The position numbers were made by a program, and so were the translations under genes. Below the pieces are notes generated by a model. It was not told the DNA's origin. It was given only the letters and a program-made list of their open reading frames with translations, and searched no databases. A DNA stretch of 64,000 nt. It comes from a virus (taxonomy: Duplodnaviria > Heunggongvirae > Uroviricota > Caudoviricetes). The stretch spans positions 1 to 64,000 of the IMG/VR virus record IMGVR_UViG_3300001357_000001; one strand, 5' to 3'. Position 1 is the first letter of the stretch; each line of letters opens with the position of its first letter. Positions 20,233 through 32,699 of this stretch are shown here, one piece after another.

Positions 20233-20850
20233 ATGGATATACCAAGAAAACATATTATGAGTCAAAGAAATCATATAATGAGACTTAATGCTTGTAAATT
20301 CGTTCATTATAGAGACCTACATAAAGAAATTGATAATACTAACTTCCAAATCTGTACTAAAGCAGATTTCAAAGCAATCAAACAACCCAAAAAACATAAA
20401 GACATAATGGAAACATGGGGTAGACTTAAAAATGATTGCGTTGTTACTTATGAACACAAAAGCAAAACTGGTTCAAGATATTTTATTGATGATAAAGAAA
20501 ATGTTTATCGTCTATCTAACCATTGGGGTGCTGTAGCAAGCTGTGAATGGACTCGTGAAGGCAAAGGTCAGCTAATGATGAGTGTTTTTGAAAGTGGTGA
20601 TTGGGAAATCGGTGTCGCAAACCTAAAAGACTTCAGGATTTTTAGAAGAAAAGTAGATAGACGTGTTGATATGATTCTTAATCCTAAATGGATTGTTAAA
20701 ATGAAAACCGTAGTTCCTACAAAGGAAAAATTAGCTGACTTAAAATCTAAACCCGAATTTAATGACTTACCAGTTGAAGCAAAAAAATTTATTGGTGTAA
20801 ATTTTGCTTTTTTTAATCGAGAATTACGTTGTTTAGATGAATTAAATTAA
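20233..20850 (+). CDS. hypothetical protein
   Basis: 205 aa ORF directly downstream of a promoter motif. Confidence 0.45.
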   Translation: MDIPRKHIMSQRNHIMRLNACKFVHYRDLHKEIDNTNFQICTKADFKAIKQPKKHKDIMETWGRLKNDCVVTYEHKSKTGSRYFIDDKENVYRLSNHWGAVASCEWTREGKGQLMMSVFESGDWEIGVANLKDFRIFRRKVDRRVDMILNPKWIVKMKTVVPTKEKLADLKSKPEFNDLPVEAKKFIGVNFAFFNRELRCLDELN

Positions 20851-21364
20851 TTATATTTGCTTATTATGCAAAATAACTTAGAAATATATAGACAAACAAA
20901 ACACCTGTCTTTTATTATTAAAGAACACAAACCCAAAACAAAGGTTATTGCTGTTGTAAATAAAAAAAATGATGAAGAAATTGGTGTTATTCGCTGGCAA
21001 AAAAATCAATATTTTTTCTTTCCATATAATAATACGAAATGGAATGCTAATTTTTTAACACCAATTACCATAATTCTTGAGGAATTAAAACCTAAAAAAA
21101 GAAAACAGACCATTGCAGTTGTAGCACATACTGTTAATGATTTTTTAGATTGGAAACGCAAAAGAAATCATTTTAAATATTCTGGTACGAAAAGAAGATA
21201 TACTAGAGGAAATACTGAATATGTTTGTATGACAGTACCACATCATGCACATGGATATAGTATTGATAAGGTTATCGAAACCCAACAAGCATATTTAAAC
21301 CCAAAAATTGGTGATATAATGCAAGTACTTAATGTGTGTATGAGGTCTAAGAAATCATAATTTT

Positions 21365-21396
21365 TTGTAACAAAAATTTTTATTCTTCGTATAAAA
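21365..21396 (+). promoter_or_regulatory. phage promoter-like motif
   Basis: TTGTAACAAAAATTTTTATTCTTCGTATAAAA. Confidence 0.5.
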
Positions 21397-21602
21397 AAAT
21401 AAAAAATGAATTATATTTTAGTTGAAGTCGAAATAAGTGGTAATGGTGTATCTGATATTTATCGTACTAAAGCGATTTCAGAGGACAAAATTAAACTCGA
21501 AGAATATTGCAAGAAAACTTATGGTAAAGAAATTGGTAAACCAGATAAATTTTCTTGGGATAATTATTTCTTAATTAATAAAACAGATATTATAGTACTA
21601 TA

Positions 21603-21950
21603 ATGAAAGTAATAATCGCAGGTGGTAGAGATTTTAATGACTATGATTTACTATGTGAGAAATGTGACAAGATATTATCACGTCAAACAGAAATAGAAAT
21701 CGTAAGTGGTAGAGCACGTGGTGCTGACCAATTAGGTGAGAAATACGCTACCATGCGTGGTTATCCAATTAAGATGTTTCCTGCAAAATGGTCGGAACAC
21801 GGAAAACAAGCTGGTTATATTAGAAACACTGAAATGGCAGAATATGCTGACGCATTAATAGCATTTTGGAATATGGAGAGCCGAGGAACAGAACACATGA
21901 TTGACATAGCAAGAGAAAATAAATTAAAAATAAGAATAATAACGTACTAA
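21603..21950 (+). CDS. SLOG-family (DUF2493/YpsA-like) Rossmann-fold protein
   Basis: VIIAGGRDF ... IVSGRARGADQLGE ... ALIAFWNMESRGTEHMI matches the DUF2493 signature. Confidence 0.5.
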   Translation: MKVIIAGGRDFNDYDLLCEKCDKILSRQTEIEIVSGRARGADQLGEKYATMRGYPIKMFPAKWSEHGKQAGYIRNTEMAEYADALIAFWNMESRGTEHMIDIARENKLKIRIITY

Positions 21951-22225
21951 AATTATGAGAAAATTTATTGAAAACTTATCGTACTGGACTGGATGTTTTC
22001 TAATATTTTTAGCGAAATTTATATCGGGTTTACGCACAACATTATTTATGATGATAGCAATATCTATTGTTATGGGTGTTGCTGCTATAACTATGATTGG
22101 TTTTGCTGATTTAGTTAGTCCTGAAACAAGAATGTTAAGTAATGTTTATTGGGATATAGTAGTTGTTGTAATCGGTAGTGCAACTATGTGGTTAGGATAT
22201 TCTAAAATGTTAAAACAAACATAAA

Positions 22226-22732
22226 ATGAAAACATTAGTAATACACCCTTTTGATGTAACAACAGGTTTTCTATCTGTAATTTATGATGGTAAGAAAGAC
22301 TGGACTGTTATTGATACAAATGTAAGTTCTAAATTTCTTAAAGAACAAATAAAAAATCATAATAGAATCATTATGTTAGGTCATGGTACTGAAGACGGTC
22401 TTATGGGATATAATAGATTTGTAATCGATTCTTCTTTTGTTTACTTATTAAGAGATAAGGAATGTGTTTGTATTTGGTGTAATGCAGATGAATTTGTAAA
22501 AAAATATAATTTAAATGGGTTTTATACTGGCATGATAGTCAGTGAATATGATGAAGCATTATTATATTGTATTCAAGCATCATCACAACAAATATATAAT
22601 TCAAATATTCTATTTGCTGATGCAGTAAAAAAAAGTATTGATGAAGCAGATATGTTAAAATCAATGAAATTATTATATGACGATGAAAACCCAATAATTG
22701 AATTTAATAAAAAAAATTTATATACATTATAA
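22226..22732 (+). CDS. hypothetical protein
   Basis: 168 aa ORF. Confidence 0.4.
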   Translation: MKTLVIHPFDVTTGFLSVIYDGKKDWTVIDTNVSSKFLKEQIKNHNRIIMLGHGTEDGLMGYNRFVIDSSFVYLLRDKECVCIWCNADEFVKKYNLNGFYTGMIVSEYDEALLYCIQASSQQIYNSNILFADAVKKSIDEADMLKSMKLLYDDENPIIEFNKKNLYTL

Positions 22733-24646
22733 TATATGGAAAACAATAGAGAATATACAAGACCAATTGATGTTGATGATGAACTATATCCAATTTCAGT
22801 ATGGTCGGAATTAGTTCAATTAGGTATGATTGGTAATTATGATGGTAGTGGTTATTGGGTGAAAGATGGTATGGCAAGCAGAGATGAAGTATTTCATACA
22901 CCACCATTAGATGCTACTCATGTAATATGGTATGCTAAATAAAAAAATATGTTTGATATTACAACAATAAGAGGTGATGCTATTTTATTTAAGGACATGA
23001 AAATAGGTCAGAAATTCTACGAATACGATTATCATGACCCTTTAGTATATGTGTTATTGGATATTAATATCGATGATAACAAACCAGATGATATCGAATA
23101 CGTTGTTCGTATCTATAAAACCGACCAGATTGAAACCAAGAAAATTCATGGAAATGGAATTAGAGATACTCATTATGGTTTTAAATTTGTGAGACGTGAT
23201 AGAAGTTCTTATGTCGCTGGATTTCAAGCATGTATGAGACTCTATCACGAACACATGCAGATATTTGATAGACAAAATGCGGGTCTTGATAATGATTTTA
23301 ATACTTATATGGAAATGAATAAAGAATATAATAAGTGGGTAAATAATAATTAATATGGATAAAAAATTAGAAATTGATAATAAAAAAATTGGTAAGTTCA
23401 TGAAAGGACTTACTGATGCAGAAATAAGATATGTTGCTTTATGTGTTGATTTTATTAGTGGTTTAAAATCATTAATTGATAAGTATGATTTGGATAAAGA
23501 AGCTGTTGTTGATTTATTTCAAATAAATACAAAAGATTATAATAATTACATAGGTGGAAATTATAATTACACTATAAAAGATATTGCATTTCTTAATGCA
23601 GCATTTAAAAAACTTGAACACGAAAAATCATAAATATGTTTAAAAAAGAAGAACTCGAAAAATTATTCAATAATGCAGTAAGTCAATATTCTGTTTATAT
23701 TGAAGGAATAATATTTACTCTTAACATGGAAATGTTAGGAATTGAAGATGAAAAGTATTGGAAACATTCGAGATTCGAATTAGGACATAATGGATTATTG
23801 GAATTAAGTATTCTTGCCGATGGCGGTATATTAGAATATGATAAAAAAATCAAGAACCTTGATGATTTAAAATACGCAATTGACCATTTAGATGAATGGG
23901 AAGATGATTGGAATCAATAAAAATAGATATTATGGATAGAGAAAAAGTAGAACAAGCAAATGAAATTATTGAAGAACTTGATGAATTAAAATCATATAAA
24001 GAAATGATACATGATGGTAATCATTTTAGATTTATTGAACACTATCTAGGCACTGCTGATTTTATTGATATACCTAAAGAATATACGAGTAGATTTATAT
24101 CGGTTCTCGATGAAATTATTGAAGAATTAGAACAAAAACTCGAAGATTTATAATGGCATATAAAATACCATTACAAGCACTTGTCTTTAGACCTGTTATT
24201 AGGTCAGATATGCCAGAAGAGTTTTTAAATAAAATGACTGATGAAGAACTACTGGAATGGTATGATGAACTCAGAGAAGAATTTCTAAAACAAGGTGTTG
24301 ATGAAAGTATGCCAAGATGGAAGCTGTTATTTGAAGAAAAAATTATTGAACGCAAAGACATATATGAATTATTTAAAGAAAATAAGTAATGAAAGAAAAT
24401 AAATTTCCAGAATTCTGGTATGAAAGTAATGCGTGTTGGGGTTGGGTCACCAATATGGAAGAACTTAGAGAAAAATTAGAATTTCAAACCGACCCCGATT
24501 TTGGTGGTGTAGAGAATAAAGACGAGTTCTTAGATAAGAGCAAACAAATAGATTCGGGAAACATGAACTTCGGAACTCGCATGGAGCATACGGGTAAAAA
24601 AACGTTAAGAGAATTTCTTATTGAAAACGGTGTCGATATCAGTCTA

Positions 24647-24677
24647 TTGTAACATATTTAATTAATTATCGTATAAT
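24647..24677 (+). promoter_or_regulatory. phage promoter-like motif
   Basis: TTGTAACATATTTAATTAATTATCGTATAAT. Confidence 0.55.
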
Positions 24678-25165
24678 AAATATGGGAAAACAAAAACTAT
24701 TAAAAATGTTAGGTCTCTGTGGTGAGGTTATCAGCACAAGATGGAATATTGTAAGAGAAATCGTTAGTGAAATAAATGATAATAACGTAATTATTCTTGA
24801 TAAATATTGGAATGACTCTTATAAAAATGAATCGGATTTTTATCATTTAAATCTTTCTAAAATTGATACATGGAGCACATATGATGAAAAATGTATTAAG
24901 TTATTTTTTAAAACAGATAACGACAATAGATTAATTTGTGAAGCAAAAATATATGATGGTGAAATATTACATGGTAATCGAACTGGTTTAAGATTTACAG
25001 CAAAACTAGTATTACCAAATAACTTCATAAATAAAATTTCTGAATATGTTGAACATGGGTTTGAGGGATTTCTTGAAGACCAATATCAAAATCATTTAGA
25101 ACTGCAAAAACTCGAATGGAAAAGTAATTTGAGAAAATCAATACTTAATCATAAAAACAAATAAG

Positions 25166-25732
25166 ATGAAAAAATTATTAATATTATTAATTCCTATTAT
25201 AATCAGTAGCTGTGTTCCAGAAATAACTCCCGAAGACTTCTTTATTAATGAAGATTTTGTATTACTTAATAAATATCAAAAAGAAAAAGTAATGAATGGA
25301 CAGACACGAACCATTAGAACTTGGGAAATCATTAGATTAAATCAGGAAGGAGATAGTATATATTTTGGAATTATTGATGATAGTGATAAATATACTAGTA
25401 GTTGTGCTTCTAAAGACAATACTATTATCACCGATGAACTCTGGAAAATCAAAAAGAAAGGTTCGATATTACATTTTGACTATATTAATAAAGACAGGTT
25501 TCATAAGCGACCAAAAATTGGATATACTGCTACTGCAATAGAAGATAATGTGCTTTATTCAAATAGACCTGAAGAAGAAATAAAATATGTTAATGAAGGT
25601 ACTATAGATTCTGAGTCAAGAGAAATTATTAATATGAATAAGTTGGAAATCGAGAGAAAAATAATGGATATCGAAAGACAAATTGAAAGTCTGAATAGAG
25701 AAAAAGATAAATTAAAAGAAAGTCTGAAATAA
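25166..25732 (+). CDS. lipoprotein with a C-terminal coiled coil
   Basis: Signal peptide with lipobox IISSC. Confidence 0.45.
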   Translation: MKKLLILLIPIIISSCVPEITPEDFFINEDFVLLNKYQKEKVMNGQTRTIRTWEIIRLNQEGDSIYFGIIDDSDKYTSSCASKDNTIITDELWKIKKKGSILHFDYINKDRFHKRPKIGYTATAIEDNVLYSNRPEEEIKYVNEGTIDSESREIINMNKLEIERKIMDIERQIESLNREKDKLKESLK

Positions 25733-26576
25733 TGAAAAAAAATCTGGAAATAATTATTGTATTAACATTATTAATTGCAGGATTTGCATTAATGATATGG
25801 GGTTCTTTCATAATGAGAAATTATGACGGTTACTTAGAAATAATAAGAGAAGCTAGACGAGCAGCAGCACCACAATATTATAGTGGTATTATAATATTGG
25901 TTGGGACATATATCTATTTTACTATAACAAGTAAGAAAAAGTAATATGATTGGGAATTCGATTTTAATGGAATTAATTTCTAATGGTACGCTTTGGTATT
26001 ATCAGAGTTACGACCATAAAGCAGCAATTGATGAAATGAGAATGAATGGTATGTTACCTGATTATGTGGTAAATGACCAATATAGAACCATGTCAGTCCC
26101 AATTGAATTTAAACGTAGTAACTTAGTCTGGCGTATTGGTAAATTAAGAACTATGACATTCGACCCCGATGGTTTTGTGAAAAAAATGTATGTCGGACGT
26201 AGTTTTAAATTCACTAAATGTTTTTTTTCCAAAAGATGTTGGTACTGTTTTAATAAAACCGATTATTAATTATCATGCCGATAAATACGGATTGATTAAA
26301 GCAAGACTAGCTGTTGATGAAAACCAAATAAAAAAATAATCATGGGTAAATTAAGAAATTTAATAATAGTTGAAATCAAAAAATTCATTGAGAATGGAAA
26401 TGGATTAACTGGTGATGAGTGGAAAGATAATTATTTTGCTCCTACCGATGGAAAAAGTATTCATGTTAGTGAAGTTGATTATTTAAAACTTAATGATAAG
26501 GACTTATTAAGATATTTAATGTACTTGTTATTAGAAAGAGACAGAGCAATCGAAAGTAAAATAAGAAATACTAAAT

Positions 26577-27149
26577 ATGATAATTAAATCTAAATGTGGT
26601 AAATACAACATTCAAATCGATAAAGAAGACCACAAAAAAGTAATCGACTTCGCACTTAATGGCTGGGAAATTAGATATTTTACTGCTTCTAATAATCCTT
26701 ATGCTATTACCAGAAAAACAATTGATGGTAAAAGAAAACAATTCTTCATACATAGATTAATAATGGATGTTTTAAACAGTACAACACCTCATGTTGACCA
26801 TAAAGATAATAATCAAAAATCTAATTTAAGATTGGTTAGTAGGTCACAAAACATGAAGAATCGAACTAGTGCAAAAAATAGTAGTTCTAAATATCTTGGG
26901 GTATCTTGTTGTAATTATAAGAAAAATAAAAAATACAGAACAGTAATTAAAGATAATGTCATTGGTCGTATTCATTTAGGTTATTATTACGATGAAGATA
27001 GTGCTGGATATGCATATAATCTTGCAGCAGAAATAATTCACGGTGAATTTGCTAATCTAAATAAAATTAATATAAATGATGTAGATAATTCTGATGAAAT
27101 CAAGGAATATGTTGAGAATGCTTTAAAACGATATAATTTTAAATTATGA
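26577..27149 (+). CDS. HNH homing endonuclease with an AP2 DNA-binding domain
   Basis: HVDHKDNNQKSNLRLVSRSQN (HNH); YLGVS ... YRTVI ... IHLGYYYDEDSAGYAYN (AP2). Confidence 0.7.
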   Translation: MIIKSKCGKYNIQIDKEDHKKVIDFALNGWEIRYFTASNNPYAITRKTIDGKRKQFFIHRLIMDVLNSTTPHVDHKDNNQKSNLRLVSRSQNMKNRTSAKNSSSKYLGVSCCNYKKNKKYRTVIKDNVIGRIHLGYYYDEDSAGYAYNLAAEIIHGEFANLNKININDVDNSDEIKEYVENALKRYNFKL

Positions 27150-27341
27150 AACTAAAAACAGTTAAATTTGATTTTAGTAAATGCAATAAAGAGCAGAAAA
27201 TGATGTTATATGAAGAATGTATTACATTATGTGCGTTAAGCACAACATGTTCTGCTGACCATAAAGAATGTGTTGCATTAATTTATTTAGAAGAAGACAC
27301 AAAGAATAATTAAAGTAATTCTGGACATTGTGTTATGTACA

Positions 27342-27758
27342 TTATTCCCTCCAGTTAGGAGGATTTTTACTATGTACATTGATATAGTGTTCATCAAGGT
27401 CTTCTAACATCTTAAAACATCTGTTCTTTAAAAGATTATATGGTCGATGTACATTACCATAATGGTCAAGCCATAACTTTTTACCTAATTCTGGTGCATG
27501 AGAATAATTCATTTTGTACATTTCAGCTAGTTCATCTTCAATAGCGAATGCTGGCATGGACAATCTACCGACATAATCAAGTACTTTTATAATTTCTTCA
27601 AAAATAGAAATGAAATCATTATCTGAAATCAATTTATTTGTTCTGACTATTTTACTAAGTCTTGCTTTTAATTTTTCAATAATATCTTCTGCTGTTGATA
27701 ATTGATTATCATGATTAGGAAGATTAAAATCTGTTTTAATTAATTCTACTTCTGGCAT
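27342..27758 (-). CDS. hypothetical protein
   Basis: 138 aa; first gene of the minus-strand block. Confidence 0.4.
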   Translation of the reverse strand: MPEVELIKTDFNLPNHDNQLSTAEDIIEKLKARLSKIVRTNKLISDNDFISIFEEIIKVLDYVGRLSMPAFAIEDELAEMYKMNYSHAPELGKKLWLDHYGNVHRPYNLLKNRCFKMLEDLDEHYINVHSKNPPNWRE

Positions 27759-27829
27759 GCATTATTATTTTGCTTTTACATTTTAATATTATTAAATATT
27801 TTCATGATTGTAAAAATAAATAATAATTT

Positions 27830-28615
27830 TTAAATAGAAAAATTATTTGATATTAATTTACATAATTCAATAAAATATTCTTGAGAATGTACGTTTTTCA
27901 TCATATTAATATGTTTATGCACCCACTGTACATTCCCTTCAACATAGCCTAAACTTGAATTAATTCTATCTAATGATGCTGTTTCATCATCTTTATTTCG
28001 TGTAAATGAAAATTTAATTGGTAATCCGCTTAATGCACATTTTTTATATTGTTCAATATATAGTTTCCAAGCAAATTCAATTGTAATATCAAATTTAAAT
28101 TTTCTATCTTCAGCAGATTTTTTTATTCTACCCCAATATCTTCCACTAATATCTTCATATCCTGTAAAACGTGAGTTATTTTTACCTGTAATTTTTAAAT
28201 AACCACTTTTATCACAACCACAAGATTTAGTTTTTCCTAATGCATGAATAGCAACATCAATATTTTTTTTACCACAATCACAATTACATATTGCTCTCCA
28301 TCTACGTTGTTTTCCAGATTTTTCTGTTTGTGCTATTTTCATTACTTCTAAATGTCCAAATTTTTTTCCAATAAGATTATAATTTTTACTGGTTTTTCTA
28401 AATAATGGAATTCTTTTTTGATTTAAAACATTATAAATTGTTTGTTTACTAACAGAAAAATTACATGATTTAATAATTTTAGGTACTTGATAACCTTTAG
28501 AATACATATCAACAATTATTTTTTTTTCTTTTTCAGTAAATTTTAATTTTGTTCCCATATTATTGTAAGTATGCACATAAATACTAACAAATAATATAAA
28601 AGTCTTAGTTAACAT
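27830..28615 (-). CDS. HNH homing endonuclease (N-terminal HTH and zinc finger, C-terminal HNH)
   Basis: ASLDRINSSLGYVEGNVQWVHKHINMMKN is typical of phage HNH homing endonucleases; Cys cluster CNCDCGKK ... CGCDK. Confidence 0.6.
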   Translation of the reverse strand: MLTKTFILFVSIYVHTYNNMGTKLKFTEKEKKIIVDMYSKGYQVPKIIKSCNFSVSKQTIYNVLNQKRIPLFRKTSKNYNLIGKKFGHLEVMKIAQTEKSGKQRRWRAICNCDCGKKNIDVAIHALGKTKSCGCDKSGYLKITGKNNSRFTGYEDISGRYWGRIKKSAEDRKFKFDITIEFAWKLYIEQYKKCALSGLPIKFSFTRNKDDETASLDRINSSLGYVEGNVQWVHKHINMMKNVHSQEYFIELCKLISNNFSI

Positions 28616-30775
28616 GTATAATAATTAAATTTATTCGTTTAATTTTTTGCTATTCCAATAAGTTTTAAAAAACCGTACATTGCAACAAATACACAACAAA
28701 ATGCAATGCCAATCCCTAAATACATTAATGAGTCCTCTGGAAGTTGTTTAATAAAAGATATTGCTTGTAACTTAGTTTTTGTTACTAAAAAACCTGTAAA
28801 TGATAATGGTATAATACCGATTAATATCATTGCAAAAAATGTTATAATCTTAAGAATTGTTTTCATGATACTTTTTATTTAAATTATGCACTTCCGTACT
28901 TATAACTTTTAAATTGTTTATTGTCTTCACCAAATTCATCAGAAATAATAAACCCTAAATCATTTAATTTATCAATATCTCCCTCACTTACATCATCAGG
29001 ATTTATACCACAAATCCATAATTCATCATGTTCACAATGTGTAGGATAATCAGGATTACCATATTTAAATAAGATTTGTAATGCTTTTATTAAGTCTTCC
29101 ATAGTATTTATATATTTAAATTAAATCATTTTTAATCCACCAGTAACACAAATTTCTAATGCAGATATAAATGACTTTTCATCATATTTTACATTGAAAA
29201 TTATTTTATCACCATTAGGTAAGAATCCTTGTACATTATAATTCCAACCATCGTAAAAGAACGGGTCAACCCAAACAACAATTCCGTGATTAATTTTCAA
29301 CCATCTTTGTAGTTCAGTTAGCCAGAACAACCATCTTTTATCCTCGTTATTAGAATATTTATAAGCATTGTTGTACAATACCTTTGAGATAAATTTATTC
29401 TCTTTAGCAAGTCTAATTATTTCCTCTTTTTTCATGTTAATATTGAGTTATTAATACTATTATCATAAAAATTGCTACTGCAAAATCTAAAATTGCTGTA
29501 TAAAGATTTCCTTTTCTTTTATTTCTTTTATAATAACGTACATTCATCACACCAAAGAACATACACATTATTATTCCTACTATCATTGCTATTAACATCA
29601 TAATTATTGACATTTAGGTATGCTAAGATTTAATTTATCAACAACAGAATTAAAGTCATCATAGATTTGTGAATAATTTTCATTTTTTATTAATTTTATG
29701 ATGTAACCACTAAAACTTTCTTTTTCTCTAATATATTCAAATCTATCATTAATAAAGTAATGATTAGGAAATTCCATGTCGATTTCAACTACTTTTTCAA
29801 CAAAACTCATGAACTGACGTTCAATTAAAATCTTCTTTATTTCAGCCTCACTTATCCAATCTTCTTTATGATGTTGTTCATCAGATATCGTAGACTTTAA
29901 ATTATATAAACCTTTTTCGTTTCTTTTAATCGATATTCCCATAATTATTTTATTTTACTTCATGACCACATTGAGGACACCACCTTTTATCGTCTTCTTC
30001 ATAAACTGGCATATCTCTACCATCACATTTACAATTGTCCTCAAATTTGATTTCACTTTGCTGATGTGGATGCTGTTTAGCAAGCCATTTTTCAATACAA
30101 TCAATAAAAACAATACAATCATTTGCTGTATATATTTCAATATCAACACTAATTTCTTCTGCCAATATCATTGAATTATCCTTGCATCCAACAACTGCCC
30201 TTTGACCTATTTCTGCATTTGGGTGGATTCGACAGAGTTCTTTCAGTCTTTCTTTAATTTGATTTTCAATTTTTTCAACTCTGGCTTTAGCATATTCATA
30301 TGAATCACGCCAATCCTTTGCTAATTTTCTTTTCTCTGCCATAATTATATATTTTCTGTTACTAAGAATATTCCCCAAATTAAATAAAAACTCATTAAGA
30401 GACAAATAATACCACCGATTAAATTAAACCAATCTTTTCTTTTAATCCCATCGGTTAATCCTATTGTTCCAATAATAATTAATATTAAGGTTAGAAATAT
30501 TATTGTTATTAAATCTCTTGGTGATATCATTATTTAATTTCTATTGATTCAGTTTCTCTGGTTTCCCATGATGGGTCAATGTCGTGACAACGAACTCCAT
30601 CAACAATATTATCATTTGGAATAGGAACATTTTTTTTAAGATGTTCTTCAAGTTTCTGTTGTGCTTCTTCTTTCGTTTCGGCTTCAATTATAAAGTGATA
30701 ACGATTTACTTCTACTACATTTGCTCTACCTTTGAATTCCATAGTTCTTATTTTTTTATAATTATTACTAATTAT

Positions 30776-30804
30776 TATACGAAATATTAACAGAATTGTT
30801 ACAA
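30776..30804 (-). promoter_or_regulatory. phage promoter-like motif (minus strand)
   Basis: reverse complement of TTATACGAAATATTAACAGAATTGTTACAA. Confidence 0.5.
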
Positions 30805-30807
30805 GTA

Positions 30808-31257
30808 TTAGTTTTTTACTAAATCAATATTTTCATAAATATTTCCAATAATCTCAAATAATTCCAAATCATGTTTACCTAAATAATTATTCACAATTGG
30901 AAATGTTTTTTTATTATCATAAGCAGGAACTCTAAAATAAAAACATGGTATATCAACATCATGTTTACCAATAGTTCTACGAGCAATTCCATATTCACAT
31001 ATTACAATAATAACCTGACCACCGTCATTTTTTAATGAAATAATGTCGCCTTCATAGATATCATTATTATTTTTATCCTGTAATCCAGAAAACTGCATTA
31101 ATTTACAATTTTCATCTTGACTTGTGAAAACAGGTACTTCATTATCACCATAAATATATGTTTCCCAATAACCATTAGCACCAAAAACAAAATATAATTC
31201 GCCTTGATACCACATTAATTCACCATCCCATACTCTAAATTTAAATCTGTCTTTCAT
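30808..31257 (-). CDS. YopX-family phage protein
   Basis: N-terminal RFKFRVWDGELMWY and C-terminal EIIGNIYEN match the YopX consensus. Confidence 0.55.
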   Translation of the reverse strand: MKDRFKFRVWDGELMWYQGELYFVFGANGYWETYIYGDNEVPVFTSQDENCKLMQFSGLQDKNNNDIYEGDIISLKNDGGQVIIVICEYGIARRTIGKHDVDIPCFYFRVPAYDNKKTFPIVNNYLGKHDLELFEIIGNIYENIDLVKN

Positions 31258-31258
31258 A

Positions 31259-32149
31259 TTATAAATGATTTTGTTGAAAATATTCTATTAATGAAATTTC
31301 TTCAAAAGAAGTTCTTTCAGGACTTCTGCTAGTTGGTGCAAATTGTTGTTGTACTGCATCAACATACATAGTATATGTAAAGTCATCACCCATATAAAAC
31401 TGATTCCAACCTTTTTCAGTAAAATATCTCTTTAAATTAAGTTGTTCAATTGCCAGATTATCAAAAGATAAATGATGTGTATTGAAGTACTTAGGCAAGT
31501 ACTTATACCACTTATCTATTTTTTCTTTAATATCATCTGAATGATTGTCATAGTACTCAACACCATTTCCGAATTCTTTATAACCTAATAACAATACTTT
31601 TTGATAAGGTAATTCAGATAGCTTATTCAGAATATCAATATCATGAACACCAATAATTAAATGTAATACAATATTATTACTATATCTCATTAAATCTTTA
31701 ATTACATTAAAATTATCATTAGTGATTGAAATTCCTAAACCCTTTATGAAATTATTATTCAATAAATTAATTAATAAAACCTTATGTCTTGATAAATGAG
31801 ATTGGTTAACGGTTAGATTAGCGATAATACCTCTATCTTTCAACCAATTTAAGAAAACCATTAATTCTGGATGTGAAAGTGGATTACCACCACCAATTGC
31901 CATTTCAATACCTGAAGGTAAATTAATTAATTGCTGTTTTAATGCATATAAATCGGCATGTTCACCATTAATACTTGATTTTTCATGGCAAAACTCACAA
32001 TTCATATCACAATAATTTGTGATTTTACAATCAATACTTTCTGGGAATTTGATAATAGGTTTACCATCAAATTCCCTTGTTTTAGTACCGTCATTTAAGA
32101 TTGTAACATCAACATTACCATTTTTATAATTATATAGGTATTCTGGCAT
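31259..32149 (-). CDS. Radical SAM enzyme, function unknown
   Basis: CxxxCxxC cluster (CDMNCEFC) near the N-terminus; GGGNPL SAM-binding glycine motif. Confidence 0.7.
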   Translation of the reverse strand: MPEYLYNYKNGNVDVTILNDGTKTREFDGKPIIKFPESIDCKITNYCDMNCEFCHEKSSINGEHADLYALKQQLINLPSGIEMAIGGGNPLSHPELMVFLNWLKDRGIIANLTVNQSHLSRHKVLLINLLNNNFIKGLGISITNDNFNVIKDLMRYSNNIVLHLIIGVHDIDILNKLSELPYQKVLLLGYKEFGNGVEYYDNHSDDIKEKIDKWYKYLPKYFNTHHLSFDNLAIEQLNLKRYFTEKGWNQFYMGDDFTYTMYVDAVQQQFAPTSRSPERTSFEEISLIEYFQQNHL

Positions 32150-32151
32150 TC

Positions 32152-32586
32152 TTAATGGTTATCGTTATCAGTATATAATATTGAATTCTTGCTGAAAATA
32201 AAATCCCTTAAATCTTCTTTTGAATGAAATGCTTCATCAGAAGTTCCACTACTAGCATGGTCGATGTACGAATAGTTAGCTTTTTTCCAATCATCTGAAA
32301 AATTAATAACTACATCATTACAACCAGTCTGTTCTTTAATTACTTCTTTAAGCATTTCAATTCTATCATCATTATCTAATTGGTCAACAGCACAATAATT
32401 TGCCTTAGTCAGGGCATCAATATGTTCTTCAATTTCCCAACCAAATTCACCACCTGTTAATACAACATTTCCTTCTTCATCAGGAATAATTGTGTCATAT
32501 AAACCATCACTGCTTGGTTCAATACTAATACTATGACTACTTGAACTATTGGTTTCAAATACGTTTTGTCTTACTTGTTTCTTCAT
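32152..32586 (-). CDS. acidic hypothetical protein
   Basis: 144 aa ORF, translationally coupled to the radical SAM gene. Confidence 0.4.
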   Translation of the reverse strand: MKKQVRQNVFETNSSSSHSISIEPSSDGLYDTIIPDEEGNVVLTGGEFGWEIEEHIDALTKANYCAVDQLDNDDRIEMLKEVIKEQTGCNDVVINFSDDWKKANYSYIDHASSGTSDEAFHSKEDLRDFIFSKNSILYTDNDNH

Positions 32587-32644
32587 ATTAATTAAAATTT
32601 TTATATAATTATTTATACGAAATTAAAAAATATTTGTTACATAT

Positions 32645-32679
32645 ACAAATAAAAATCCCTGTACATTTATACTGGGATT
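32645..32679 (-). terminator. rho-independent terminator (minus strand)
   Basis: AATCCC-N14-GGGATT followed by TTTTTATTT on the minus strand, downstream of the endonuclease VII gene. Confidence 0.5.
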
Positions 32680-32699
32680 GGACATTGATTAAAGAGACA

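Noticed and set aside
27150-27340. Separate gene-rich island at the strand-switch region
   Set aside because: Only a 55 aa ORF (27146-27313) and a CCTCC-N5-GGAGG hairpin with a T-run lie here. This is consistent with a simple convergent terminator zone.
31259-32149. Prokaryotic viperin identity for the radical SAM protein
   Set aside because: Only the generic CxxxCxFC cluster is similar. The C-terminal viperin signature is not seen, and the match is too weak.
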